A stretch of DNA of 48,490 nt, the filler included, from Sphacelaria rigidula (Eukaryota), in assembly GCA_964200075.2 (NCBI GenBank). It is 3 parts of 3 records of this genome, joined end to end, with 100 filler letters (N's around TTAATTAATTAA, not from the genome) between each part and the next. Parts side by side here need not be neighbours in the genome. Positions count along the whole stretch, not along the records: positions 32,402 to 48,490 come from CAXNAA020001488.1; 2 more parts are not named here. One strand, written 5' to 3'. The first letter of the stretch is position 1. Each line of letters opens with the position of its first letter. Position numbers and translations under genes: made by a program. Under the pieces are notes generated by a model. The model saw only the letters and a list, made by a program, of their open reading frames with translations, was not told where the DNA came from and searched no databases. Of the stretch, positions 32,872 through 45,887 are shown piece by piece.

Positions 32872-35800
32872 CTGTAGGTCCACGGACATTCGCTGTCGAT
32901 GTAGTCTCCAGCACTGAAGGGGAAGCCGTTGACGAAAAACACCTGTGTGGAATAGATACCACCGGAAGGGTGTGTGTCATGATGGGGATAGTCACTCAGT
33001 TAGCAGGTGTACAGAAGGCTTATCTTTCGTCAAGAAATCAAAAAAACGAAGTAGAACAAAAACGTGCACAATATTAAAAGTATCTACCCTAAACCTCACG
33101 GATTCGGAGTGGGCGGACCACGAGGTGAGTCTATACCTTTCGTGAGAGACAAGCGTTAAACTACCATCCTGTATTATGGGGTTGTAGTCTGACGCGACCG
33201 AGATGGGGCAAGTCAAACATTCTCACCCCGCGTAGCTGACGGCTCCGCGTCAGCTGTCGCGCCAACCCACATAGCTGACAAAGCACACGTCACAACCTAT
33301 GTTCAACTAGAATGACACATGTGATGCATACGTAGGAGTACATGCGGTGGAGCATGGGGGGTACCAGGAAAATAGCAGTGAGTGGGAAGCGGAAAAAGAA
33401 GACGGGGGAAAATGAGAGGAAGACGAGGATGTAAAAGCTGCTTTCGGATTACACACCCCTCACCACTTCAAAATCTCGGAGAAACGGAGTAGCGTATCGT
33501 TTCCGTGGCCACGCACAGCGTACGATAGCGCGATGAAACACACACATGATCCACGATTGATGGTCAATGGTCGACAACACACCAAACACAGTACGAGTAT
33601 CCAGTCGAAAAAATGCCGTGCGTAACTCACCTCATCCTCCGCGGCGTTAAAAACTTCTTCGCACTCCGTGTGGCTCAAGGTCGCCAGCATGTACCATCCA
33701 CAGCCGAACAAGTGGGCGGTCTGTTTCAGAATCGGTTGCAAACATGGCACGGCATGTGTTTGTTCAATTACAATGCTCCTGTCACTCTCTACTGTCGGCG
33801 AATTGTGTACTCTGCAGACATTGTCCGTTCGCCGTGAGTGTTTTCTCAGCGGACGTTCCATGTGCGATTCGATGCAAAAGTGCAAACGCATGAGATATTT
33901 ACGTATATTTGAATGAAAGTTGGGACATACCGGGAAAACCCGCATGCCTGACTCGTGCAGTATCACCAACAACGGTCGGTATCCTCCAAATCAAACCAAA
34001 AATAAGAAAATATATACGTATAAATATGCATATTTTTCCTTCACAAATCAACCGATACAAAATATATCATCCACGTGGATACGCATTCTCTTCACAAATC
34101 AGCCATGACAAAAATATTATCAGTCGCGTGTTCGTTATGCCCAGGAGTCTCCCCTCTACAATTACAGTACATGAGTGCCCCGTCAAACACACGGCAACTC
34201 CCGCAGTTCAACACGCCATCTCCACTCCCACCCCACCACACGACCAGAATAGCGACCTTAACCCACCACGATAACGGAGAGCAGCGTGCGAGCAGCCAAA
34301 AACGCTCCTTCATGAATGCGGTGGTTCTCCTGTGCCATGCCAAGCAGTCCGTATATTCGCAGTAGCTTTGGGGCGCTGAAGAGGTAGGCGATTTCATGGT
34401 TTCCCTCGGCGTCGTCAGGGCCCATGCCCGGCATGAAGGTGAGCGGAAAGGCTGCCAGAAGATCCACGATCAACCAGCCCGCGGCGTAGCGCTTGAATAT
34501 CCGACGACGTTGATAGACGACCTGGTACACCCAAATGACCAAGCAATGGAATCTTTATAAAAAACGGAGGGTGAGGCTGTTTGATATGATATGTTGAAAA
34601 AACGTTATGATAATGTTGTTAAGGCGCCTCAACAACGTTTTTCCTCGATAGTGGGACTCAGTCGGATTCTACCACATAGAAATCTCCGAGAATCCTACCA
34701 GCGCACTCTGCCGGGTTTTGGTGTACGAAGGTTGACTGCAGGAGAAACTCAGTAGTTGTTGTACAGATCGAAAACCCTGAAATTTTCGATTTCTTGAGCG
34801 TGACAACAGAAACTCGACGAATTCTTCGGCTTTACGCAAACTACAGTATTTGTCCAATGGTCTACCTGCGTGCCATGAACCTCCGCGAAGTACGCTGGTA
34901 TAGTCTGCATGGAGAGTAGAGGAAGTCATCTAGGGGTGGGCAGTACAAGTTGGTTGAGCCTTATCTCGAAAAAAACACGTCGTCGAAGCGGCTTAAAAGG
35001 CGTTCACATAGGTATTTCCACACACCACAAGAAGCGGCCAAATAAACAAAGTACGAAAGGGAAAATCGTACCGCGGGGTCAGACATTTTCGAGGGGAATC
35101 GATCATTTGAGAATATTCATGACCAGCTAGACCTTGGTGCGTCGATCGGAAACATGTTGTCATTATTCTTCATGTACCCAGGCCACCAAGTTCCTCACGT
35201 ACCACAATTTCCGAACTTGCACAAAACAATACATCCTTCCGATTGCACGACGCTGCTGATGCCCCGAACCCTGAACAGCATCATGAAGGGGTAAACGACC
35301 GACTCCTCTTGACCGACGATGCCCCAATAGTACGCCCAATACCACCCCCCGCGCGCGTCACCCCTCCGTTTGTTCAAGACTGATCAATCATGACCAATAC
35401 TGCACACATCGCGGGAGGAACCATCTTGGTTTGGGTGTCTCACCATGCCGGTGTCTTTGTCGACGAAGCCCGTGTTGAGATGAATAAGGATATCCACGAA
35501 GAACAGCACGTTCCACGTCACGTCCACGAACGACCACGCGCCGCTGGAATATGACGACCACACAACCGAGGGCCGAGAAAACGTACGAAGCAGGTCACAA
35601 AATGATAAGTATCAGAGCGTACTTACTGTACACGCACAAAGGACAATAACAACATCAACGACGGGGGCGGCGGGGGCGGCGGCGACGCCTTCAAGCCTTC
35701 AGAGGCCGAGCCTCAGAAGGACCAAACGGCTACTTCTCAAGATTTGACGACACTGGTGGATGACTAATCAAACGATGAGAAGTCGGCCCTGTTCCCGAAA

Positions 35801-37362
35801 CAAAAAACCGCCGAACACGCTGGTATACCTTTGCGCACATTAGAATACTGTAATGGGGATATCGGATGCTCAAGGGGGGGGGGTGGGGTGGGGGTTACTG
35901 ACCGTTAACTTTGATGTAGAACTTGACCTACCCCGGATTCCACCGGTCAACAAATCCTACGCTCTTGTAGAAACACGAAAATAGATGAACTACGGTGCTT
36001 TGCGCTGTCACACACGAAGGTCAATACCCAGATGGCGAGTCTTGAGGGCATCAACACCCCGTCATGGCCACCGCCAATCCCGACCTAGCGTAAGCGCCGT
36101 CGCCAAAGGACGGAAAGGTCCTGCGTTTTTGAGCGGATTCTTATGGTGCTGTGGGTCGGTCATGTGAATTCGACACTATCGTTTTTCCATCTGACTTTCA
36201 CCTCTGCGAATGTGTGGCATCAAGCGCTTCGGTGCAAAGAAGAGACGCATGATTGTGCTTATTTTCCACACGTCGGACAGTTCAGCATACGTCTGATAAT
36301 TACTCCTTCCCAGTATACTGATCCGGATCATGATCCAGATCATCTGACCCTACTTGTCCATGTTTGCTCCATACCGCGCCAGACACCAAGCACGCCGAGT
36401 AGCGCAAAGGTTACGCTTCGGCTTTTTCTGACTCCGCGGTCACATATTTCTTGTTTTTGGACCAACGGGTCCGAGACTCTTCTTTGTTTACTCTTTTCAG
36501 ATAGATCATGATCTGCCCGACTTGTGTTATTTTTCCTCTCCTGCCACAAAAATTCGAATCTAGAGCGTCAGGGTACCAAAAAGTAAAAAAAGACTCGCAG
36601 TTGCGAAAAGACCAGAGGTTATCTAACAAATGCACGGGAGGATCACTAGGCCGGGCTGCAAGCCACGATATCTCGTGAAGTAGACCAGGTAGCAAGCACG
36701 AAACTAGCATTTTGCACCCATCGATCTACTGACCGGTCAGCGCTCGACACGCAAACTGTAGTTGTATTCCTCTACAATTAACCAAATCAAGGACGGTGCT
36801 CATGTATTGGGTCGTGCGCTTCGTCAGAAATATAGAAGAGACGTTTCAAAAAGAGTGTACAAACATGAACCGGAACAGGTATTTATTGGTTCAGGTCAGG
36901 TGCATACGGGGATTCGTGCAGTGTCACCACGAAAAATAATCTGTCCCTGCAACAGATCAACAAGAGTGCTGCTACTGTGCCATGGAGGTGCCATTCAATT
37001 CTGCTTTACACTTACGTGAGAAGAAAGTGGACACTCAACCGGAACGCGTAAAACAAATCAACACGCGCTGCGTAAGACGGCCTCGAGAATGCTGTGACGA
37101 ACAAGCGACCAACAAAAATTCGTGCCAGTCTGTACTGATACTAAACAGGGCTACTGTTGAGTCCGGATCGGAACAGGACTTCCTTGCCCGGCTTCGTCTC
37201 CAGTGCACAAACGCTGATCGACGTTGAAGTACGGAGGCAAGCGTATGTTGCCTAGCACTACATTTGTTTGCCATCATCGTTGACCAGTTTCAGTTTCATT
37301 TTTCTTGGGTACGTCTATCACGAGACCACGCCTGGACCCCTGGGGGGTCGGGTAAAGTGCGA

Positions 37363-37404
<42 letters not shown>

Positions 37405-40400
37405 TCGTACAGCACTTTAACGTAACATCACTCTGGACGAGTTTCCGTCTGGACGAGCCCAAAATCTAATGAGACCGGCTCATCTCTCCGCCCATAGTAG
37501 CTAGCTCGCATTGAATCATTAGGCAGTGAATCAACACCCCCTGAATGCTCCGTCGCGAAAGGGACGCGTGGTCAATAGTCAAACGACTAGGGCAAGCAAC
37601 GAATGAGTACGCCCCCCCCCCAATCCGTCGACGTCCGTCCAAATTTTGTCTCCAATTTCTGCCAACTCATGTACGTATGTCTTCGAGCGGGGTACACCCA
37701 TAAACAAAGGCTTTTAGGGGATTTGCACCTGGGAAATGCATTCCCGAACTGTATTTAAACTCCAGTAAACTACCGTGCGTTTCGGATCACGTCGCCCGGG
37801 GCGATGAAAAATCACAAGCTCGATTTTTTCAAAAAAAACTGCGTCGTCTACGCCTCTGAGGTCATGGCGCTGGTGATATCTCGTCAGATCTTTTATGAGA
37901 CGAATGTCTACAGCAGTGTAGGGTGAGAGTATATTCATAGAATCCAAGCTGGATTTCCTGTCGCCCCGAGCGATTTTCTCCGGAAGCCGCCGTGATGTCG
38001 CAAAATAGAGTGCACTCGGTTGTTGTACTAACCTCTCTCTGGGGAAGAAGGCAACTCGAAAGGGCATGTAGAATACGAAGATGAAGAGCACGATGAGCAT
38101 GAACGTGGCGTGCCAGCGGTGGAAGCGGACGTTGGGCGAAAAGAGCCTCTTTTCTGCCCTTTCCGATTTGTCGTCGAAGGCGTCGTAGTCTGCCTCCGAT
38201 CCGTCCAGTAGTACTTCATCTGCCTCCGTCAGCTATGTTGCAGTTTTTTTTTGTTTATCAAACCAAGAACAGGATGGGAGAAATGGCGATTCGAACAAAA
38301 CGCGGCGATCGCATAAACTTTCGCCAAACCTTACAACCATGTCAACATGTAATATCAGCCGATTCGGCGGGAGATCGACACAAAATCACCCATGAAGTCA
38401 TCAAACGCTCCTTTTGTGCACTACGATATATCCCACCTGTCCTCGCGCGCATCACAGACACTGTGTTTCGTTCTGACAACTGAACCAAGTACCACAAACA
38501 AAGAAACACAAAACACATAGCACAAGACCGCACGCGCCGAAAGCAAGATACCAAGAGGGAATTACAACAAACATTGCAGTAGGTAGTCTACAAACGTCGA
38601 TGGGCGTGAAGAACAAAAGAGTGCGCATCATATAATGCATGCCTGCCCTCCGACCAATAGGAACTGCCAACAATAAAAACATTCCAACACGAAAACAGAA
38701 GAGGAAAAACAAATCATCCCCTACATGAACCAAAACAAAGAAACGAGTGCTTACCTTTCCACGCTGCGCCAGGGTGACGGGGCCGTGGTGGTCGTGCTGG
38801 TCACTAGCGTGGGTCGCATGAGAACGCAACTGGGTACTCAGCGTCCGAAACATCCTGCGGCGCATGTCCCCGCCCCCCGCCAACAGAACAAAAGAGTGGC
38901 TTAAATGCTGCCTCGAATAGGGCACAGAAACCCCGACAAGAACATAAAGAATTATCACCGGCGCCCACGTTTCAAGGGTTAGGGTTTACAAACTCGAGCA
39001 TAAATGTACGAGAATTATAAACACTTCCGCCTCAGACCCCCCACGACGTTTCACAAGCTCATGACATGTTGTTAAGACATTCGCAACGGACGCTGCATGC
39101 TCAGACCCTCTCACAGGCACACACACAACCAGGTGCGCGGCATAAACTTGACATAATCCATGCCCCGGATCCTCCGGGTACGGCATCGTGCGACCGTGCC
39201 GACACCTACTGACACACAGTTAGCTCTTCTGATTCGCGGGTCCTTACGGCATGCACAGGCGAACAAAAAGGCACACCTGGAAAAATCGACTCCTGAGTAT
39301 CCATCACCCGACGAGTTCGAGTTTGTACGCCAGCGCTTGGAGATATTTTTGCTGCTCCTTGTTGAGTCATCCGCTCTCGCCCGGGAAAAGTCATTTTCCA
39401 GCGCGGGTACGGTGAACCCGAACCCGTTGTCGTCTTCTCCAGAGTCACTCTCCACGGCGTTTGGCGCCGCCTGGTTGCCCCCGCCACCGCTTCTCTCGGT
39501 TTCCAATGGAGCCCGCTTCGTGTTTTTTTTTATAGAGGGAGGGAGGGGAGACCAAACCGGGTTTTGGTTCCGGCAGAATAAGAATGGTGTTGAGAGGCGA
39601 AGATAGAGCGGCCATGTGGGTCTGAATCGCCATTCAAGCTGCCATGAACTAGCACGTAGCGACTAGTTGCAGACGTGGCCACGCCAGACAATATACGGTA
39701 TTGCCGAGTATAATTTTGTGCGGGAGGACTCTCGAATTCTTCGCTTCCTGAACCAACACGGCGAGAAGTCGCGTGCCCATCCCACAAAATAAATGAAAAA
39801 AAAACACGAATACGCTCAAGCCGCGCCCATCAAGGTCACACCTTCCCGTAGATCGGTCAGGGCGCCGAGCGCAGCTAAACACCATGCGCAATTTATTCTT
39901 GTTGCCCGTATTGCAGAGTTACTGGTATCTCCCATGACTTCACCGTCGTCAACTGACCCTGGTTCTACCGTCCGCTGTTACCATCTCACGTGGGCGCTTT
40001 TCCTATAAGGCACCGTGGAGTTGCCGCTATCGTTCCAACACCCCAACAGCACCTTTACATTGTTCCTGGCGTGACAATTGCACTGCTCCCTCTGCCTTTC
40101 CGACTGCCTGAAAAGGTAGCATGTGTGGTACAACCGTTACGATACCGGAAAGTTCATGGCACTCTTACCTTGCTGTGATCCTGTTACGTGCTTGACCCTG
40201 CGTGCCCCGTTACCCCAAGATGTCACCGTAAACGTTATCTTCCCCTAATTCTATGTTGTCACCCTGACATCACGATCGCACCGCAATTGCCATTCTTCTC
40301 GGAATCTTGCTACGCTCACGTGATAGCCTTGACGTTATCCCGACAAACCCGTTACCTCGTGACTCACCCCGACAGACCCGCTGACCTGTCATCGCCTGTC

Positions 40401-41554
40401 ATCACTCTGACGCTGCTATTCAAGGTTGCCCGTGGGACATTGCCAACACCCTCGTGCCATCAACCCGGCACCCAGTGCGCTCCTCTTCCGACCGTACGGT
40501 TGCTTGACGTCGTTACCATCATCAATTTGCTATACCGTTACCCGTTACCCTGGAATAACCGTGACCCTGTTCATCCTAAGTTTGTACCTGACTGCGGGGA
40601 AGGAACAGTCTGGATAGCGGATTGGGCGTCCTGCGACTAGTTTGGTCCCCCTGTCCCCGTGTGTCAGCGGCCGTCTTCTCCTCAGAAGCAGCCGCTAGAG
40701 AAATGCCTTCGCGATGCGGTCTGAACTCTTCCACAGTGGGCAAGATGGAAAGCTCGCCTCTGCCACTTCCCATACCATTCTCCTCGTCTTGGGGCACATT
40801 GGCGTCGTCTCCCTGCCGCGGTGTTTTTTTGTGGTTTTCGGGGTTAACTTCGAGTGTTCAGAAGGTGCTTTTAACATCATCGTCAAGATGCCTTCCGCGT
40901 CGAGCACCAACACTAACCATGGGCAAGGCGCGCGCAGTGGAGAAAACGTGAAGCATGCCATCGACCATTGACGGATGGAATAGTCGCACCTTTGAACCCT
41001 AGTCCTAAATCTTTCGTATCGCGCGTCCCTCTACTCTGGATCCCATTCGATTCATTCAGCCCGCCGCCCAACGGCAACAATATGAACGGAGGACAGCAAA
41101 AGAGTTGAAACTCGGAATAACTTCCCGTCGATTGCCCAACTTCGCGAAAAATGTTCGCTGGCTTCCCTGGACACGCGCACAGCCTGCGGCCTCCGACGGA
41201 GGACTCGGTCGCGAAAAAGGAGGGAAGCAAGAAAAAGCACAGCTACTTGAATGATAAGGTAAACACTGTACCCAAATCAACTAAACTCGAAGCGTAGGGT
41301 GTTCGTTACGGCCTTCAACGGGAGCGACCGATCGTTACGGACCGATCGTTACAAACTGGCAAAATGATCCATCGCGCCCCTAACACGGTAAGCAATGCCT
41401 ACACTGGAATATGACCTCATGCGCGACGGGCTGCACCGGAACTCCTCTCTCGGCCTTCCTTTTTGCCAACGACCCTCGACGAGCTCGTTCTGTGGCCGCC
41501 AGAATAACGTCCCTTGGACCCTGTGCCACAGAGCTCAGAGATCGGCTGGATAGG
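32872..41554 (-). CDS. 6TM cation channel gene of the KCNH/CNG/plant-Shaker type, partial (N-terminus to S5 and turret); pore and CNBD lost at the gap
   Basis: Phase-compatible exons: 41416-41554 (tentative), 40588-40812, 39277-39515, 38755-38854, 38033-38232, 35444-35543, 34267-34521, 33631-33720, 33137-33168, 32872-32913. Motifs: YMPFRVAF (S1), FFVDILIHLNTGFVD (S2), RIFKRYAAGWLIVDLLAAFP (S3), PKLLR (S4), AHLFGCGWY (S5). Confidence 0.8.
33631..33720 (-). CDS. Channel exon (end of S5)
   Basis: TAHLFGCGWYMLATLSHTECEEVFNAAEDE; CAG acceptor, GTGAGT donor. Confidence 0.88.
34267..34521 (-). CDS. Channel exon (S3, S4, start of S5)
   Basis: VVYQRRRIFKRYAAGWLIVDLLAAFP...APKLLRIYGLL...RTLLSVIV. Confidence 0.9.
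35444..35543 (-). CDS. Channel exon (S2)
   Basis: GAWSFVDVTWNVLFFVDILIHLNTGFVDKDTGM; CAG acceptor, GTGAG donor; not present in the ORF track. Confidence 0.9.
37300..37403 (+). repeat. (CAAT)n tail, probably the 3' end of a non-LTR element
   Basis: About 9 CAAT units at 37367-37402 preceded by a GACCCC-TG-GGGGTC type hairpin. Confidence 0.5.
38033..38232 (-). CDS. Channel exon (S1)
   Basis: RLFSPNVRFHRWHATFMLIVLFIFVFYMPFRVAFFP. Confidence 0.85.
38755..38854 (-). CDS. Channel N-terminal exon
   Basis: CAG acceptor, GTAAGC donor; RMFRTLSTQLRSH...QRGK. Confidence 0.7.
39277..39515 (-). CDS. Channel N-terminal exon
   Basis: RAPLETERSGGGG...YSGVDFS; donor AG|GTGTGC; acceptor position less certain. 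Confidence 0.6.
40588..40812 (-). CDS. Channel N-terminal exon
   Basis: CAG acceptor, GT donor, phase 0/0; low-complexity GDDANVPQDEE...LPRSQ. Confidence 0.55.
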
Positions 41555-42459
41555 CTGGACAGGCGGGAACAGGCGGGAGCAGGGGAGGGGGGGGAGGACT
41601 CAGGATTATGGCATATATATACATATATACGGTGCCATCCCCCCAGTAACACAAACACTGTTTGGAGCACAGGCTCAAGCCTCATGTCACAGCTTCACCG
41701 AAGACATGAAGGACGCATATCCAACATGAAGTTTCAGTTTAATTCCTTCGACCAAATTTCTTCACTTATTTTCCCGAAACTTTCAACCTGGGCTTCTTAC
41801 TCCAACGTGTAATCCTACTAGCGGGCCGCTACTGCATACTACTTACTATTCTGATTCTAGTCATGCCCAAGCGAAGGTTCATGACTTGATTCTCGTGCCT
41901 GGATGCGGCTTGCGGGAAGGATCCCAAAACCTTCATACCCTGGACAAAAGAATACACGATAAAAAAATGTATTGCGTACAGTATGGAATATATTGTCTAT
42001 TGCAATAGACAATAGATCCCATACTGTACGCAGTACATTTTTTTACCATGTATTCTATTGTCCAGGGTATGAAAACCTTCACGGTCAGAGGGTGAATGTC
42101 AAGACGAACATGAACAACGTGAACAAAGTGCGTTCCGTAAGTACTGTAGGTCATGTGGTCATGGTTTTATTATTAGTACTATAAACCAGTGTTGCGCATG
42201 ATCTCACACAAATCTCTTCAAAACTCAATGAGAAGCGATCCGGAAAACGATGCCGAATCAAGTTTTGGAATCCGAAAAGCGTTGCAGGGCTCTGAATAAT
42301 TTTGCCTCTTCACAGTAAAAAAATTCGTTTGCAGGGTATGCCGAGACCTGCGCTTCGAAGGACGCCTCGGAACACAGTACTTGTCACCGGCGTCCTTCGT
42401 CGTGGTGGTTTTATAGTTTCCCATCATATGAAATCAGTGAGGAATTATTGTACTGTAAG

Positions 42460-42916
42460 GCGGCTCCTCATGGCAAACGAAGAAAAGACTATGTGAAAAT
42501 GCTTTCTCGGTCTTCCTCGTTTTCCGCCCTAAATGAGAGATGGGCAAAGTTTGACACCTTGGAATGACTCGCTTTACTCGTTAAGATGATTCCGGGACAT
42601 CTTCGCGTTTTCGGTGGCCCCAGTTTTTTTCGTCAAACTTGAATTTTGTCCAAGAACGGTAAAGAACGGTCAAATCTAGAAAAAACTAACATTTTTCTCT
42701 GGACTTGACCGTCTCTGGATGAGAACACCTGTTCGGCCAAAAAACAAGTGCGGCCTTTAGGAAAACGCAAATATGTCCTGGAACAGTCTCAACGAGTAGA
42801 GTAAGTCACTCCGACAGCAAACTCCGCCTAGCTCTCTTTTAGAGAGTAAAACGACGAAGAGGGACCAAAAACGCATTTTCACAGGACCTTTTTTTCGCTT
42901 GCCCTAAGGAGCGGCC
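42460..42916. mobile_element. Degenerate foldback/MITE (about 450-bp imperfect palindrome)
   Basis: Arms pair around about 42685: GTGAAAATGC/GCATTTTCAC, TACTCGTTAAGA/TCTCAACGAGTA, ACGGTCAA/TTGACCGT; related sequence at about 45260-45520. Confidence 0.7.
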
Positions 42917-43357
42917 TGAGAGGAATCCACTGATAGCGGACATACCTTCACGATAGCCACGACTGGGGGAAGGCATAGGAAACAGCTTTTCACTTTGAGG
43001 AGGCTTCACTGGACGTGTGACACATCTCGTGGATTGGGGTTGGACTAGTCTTGCTGTCGGTCAGGACGGGACATAAAGAGGAACGAGGCAACGGGGGGTC
43101 CAATGCGTACCGCTGCGAATCCAGTGAGAAAGATATGACAGGAGTTGGAACATGGGTTGACAATGACGTTACAAGACGGATGGTTCTTGGGCCGAAAACT
43201 AGGCAGCGTCAGATATGGAAAGAGTTATAAACCATACTACGTACAAAGCGATTTGAAAAGAGCCCCGAAAATTGAATCTCCTGAAGTTAGGGGAAAAAAA
43301 ATAAACAAATGAAATCAAACAGCTGTGGCACGGTAGGTCTACGCGTTGTTTCTCTGG

Positions 43358-44629
43358 AGACAATAGACAAAGAAGGGTACACCCTGGTGCTTTTGGGACA
43401 AAAGAGGGTAACGCATTTTTCGCCTCGGGACGCGGCGCCGTACGCGGACTGAACACCTCGAAAACGCGTTCCAGCGCCTCAGTCCCACACCCAAGGTGTC
43501 TGGGCAACATACGCGACCATTTCTTTTCACTTTCACAAGTGTTACTAAGTTGAACTTCGGATCAGAAAATGAGGGCCTGTGAGAGTAGCCTTTTTTTAAA
43601 ATATACCAGGAGGGTACACCCTGCCCTCTGCAAAAAATCCATCCCTTACCTCCTTTCCTGAAAAGTGATAATGGCCTTCAACTCATTAAGAAATATCTAT
43701 ATATATATTTGGGTCTAATCAATATATTTATATATATATTTTAATTGTGCCCTATTCATTGTCCATACCAAATTTTAGAGTCCCGACTCTGATTATTGAC
43801 GTGAGAATGAACCTGCAAACTACAAATCCGCTTTTAGGTTAGCCCAACTCGTAGTGCTGCATGGTCTGAAATGAACGTGGATGCAACAGCGAGGATCGGA
43901 GGAGGACCTTCGATTGTCCAGTCTGCGTCATCGGATTCAGGCGTTCTTCCTCCAATCCGGAATCCGGTCGGTGCCCATCTATCTTTGTTTCTGAGCCGCA
44001 AATTGCAGATCCCGCAACGGTCTGATGTTGTCACCATGTGACGCCATTCGGGCGTCTGTGTCGGCAAGATGTTCACACATGTTCGTTGAATCTTTGTGGG
44101 CTCCGACACACAAGTGCCCTGTATGCATCGTTGGATCTTTCGGGTCCTGGGGCCACCTAGCAGGGGGCTACACTTTCTTGGTCGTTGGGTTTCGGCCTTT
44201 TTGGTGGAGTGTAATTCAACCGAAAATGACTACCGTGTGGTTGTGACTGCTCGGCGTTTCTTCTGCTGAGCCGGCGGTACGCTCACCACTCCGCAAAAGA
44301 GGATCAACAGGTGCACGAAAAAGGGTAAGGAATGGATTTTAGCAGAGGGCAGGGTGTACCCTCCTGGTGTATTTACAAAAAAGGCTACTCTCACAGGCCC
44401 TCATTTTCTGATCCGAAGTTCAACTTAGTAACACTTGTGAAAATGAAAAGAAATGGTCGCGTATGTTGCCCAGACACCTTGGGTGTGGGACTGAGGCGCT
44501 GGAACGCGTTTTCGAGGTGTTCAGTCAGCGTACGGCGCCGCGTCCCGAGGCGAAAAATGCGTTACCCTCTTTTGTCCCAAAACTTTTGTCCCAAAAGCAC
44601 CAGGGTGTACCCTTCTTTGTCTGTTGCCC
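43358..44629. mobile_element. Non-autonomous Mutator-like element (MULE)
   Basis: Near-identical TIRs of about 295-305 bp (43358-43650, 44324-44629); 9-bp TSD TTTCTCTGG / TTCCTCTGG; no transposase inside. Confidence 0.85.
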
Positions 44630-45887
44630 TTCCTCTGGTATCAAAATTTCATCCCGAAATTTTATAGAGTGAGGCGAGCGCGGCCTGTGGACTATGACGA
44701 CGAAGCCTTGGCCGGCCCAGCTCGTACTGAACACCATCGACGAGACGCGATGTCGAGGGAGTGCAAGGTAGAGCAAATCGTGCTCACGGACGTTGTACGA
44801 CGTACCTCCATTGGGTTATATGGAACACATACCTACGTGCGCCTGCATTGAGGCCCTTTGTACGTGTCATTTTTGAAGAACGCGAGGAGCTTTTCCTAAT
44901 TTATCTTCCTGAACAAGTCGCCCGACCCCCTGTTCAACGCGATGCTTCTCTTCGCTTCAAGATTTGAAAAAAGGGTACCCCAAAGCTGTACAGTTCTTGA
45001 CGGGGTTCGCACAACTCCACAACTTGACACCCCGTTCTCGCACACAGCACGCAACATCAACACTGCCAACACCCACAAATTGTACCGGGTGCAAACGGCT
45101 CTTCCGGTCACAAACATTCTCCTCGCGACTCACTTGAGGAAAACTTTAAAACACTCAAACATTCCGCGGTAGTGCTGTTACAGGGTCGTACTGAAGTCAT
45201 CACAGTAACTCCTTTGAGGTCCTATCGATTGAACCAGGCTGTATCAAAGAGAGCTTGGCAGATTTAGACACCTTGGAATGCCTTGCTGTACTCGTTGAGA
45301 CGGTTCCAGCACACCCGAGCGCTTTTCCGGTGGCGGCAGGTTTTTTCGTGGCCAAAGCTGCATTTATCTCGGAGATTGCTCATTTTTCTCGTACACCGGT
45401 CAAATCCAGAAAACTTCGGCGAACAAAAATATTAATCTGGAAAACTGTCTTTTTGGGTCTTTGGCGCTGTTTTACGCCATAAAAGAGAGCTACAAGTACA
45501 CAGACTTTGACACCTTGGAATGCCGTTCTCCGAGAAAAATGAGCGGTCTCCGAAATTAATGCAAATATGGCCAAGATCGAATCCCAAATCTGTATACAGT
45601 ACAGGTTCAGAAATGCGGCGGTTCTGGAAGTGGTGGTTGGTTTATCATCTCTGTGCCGCCATAAGAGACAAGACGCAACAAGGAAACACAACACCTACAC
45701 ACGGGCCCCGAAAGGACAAGCAAAGACATCTACCAATCATGCGCATTAGCTCCAGTACTAGCCCTCTCTCATGTACACATCGCAGTCTTGATCGTTATTG
45801 ATCAGTTGTGTAATCGTCTCCGATAAGAGGACGCCTGCGGTCTTCGACATATCGAATTCTAGTCACTATTTTTTCTGCTGCTCTTGA

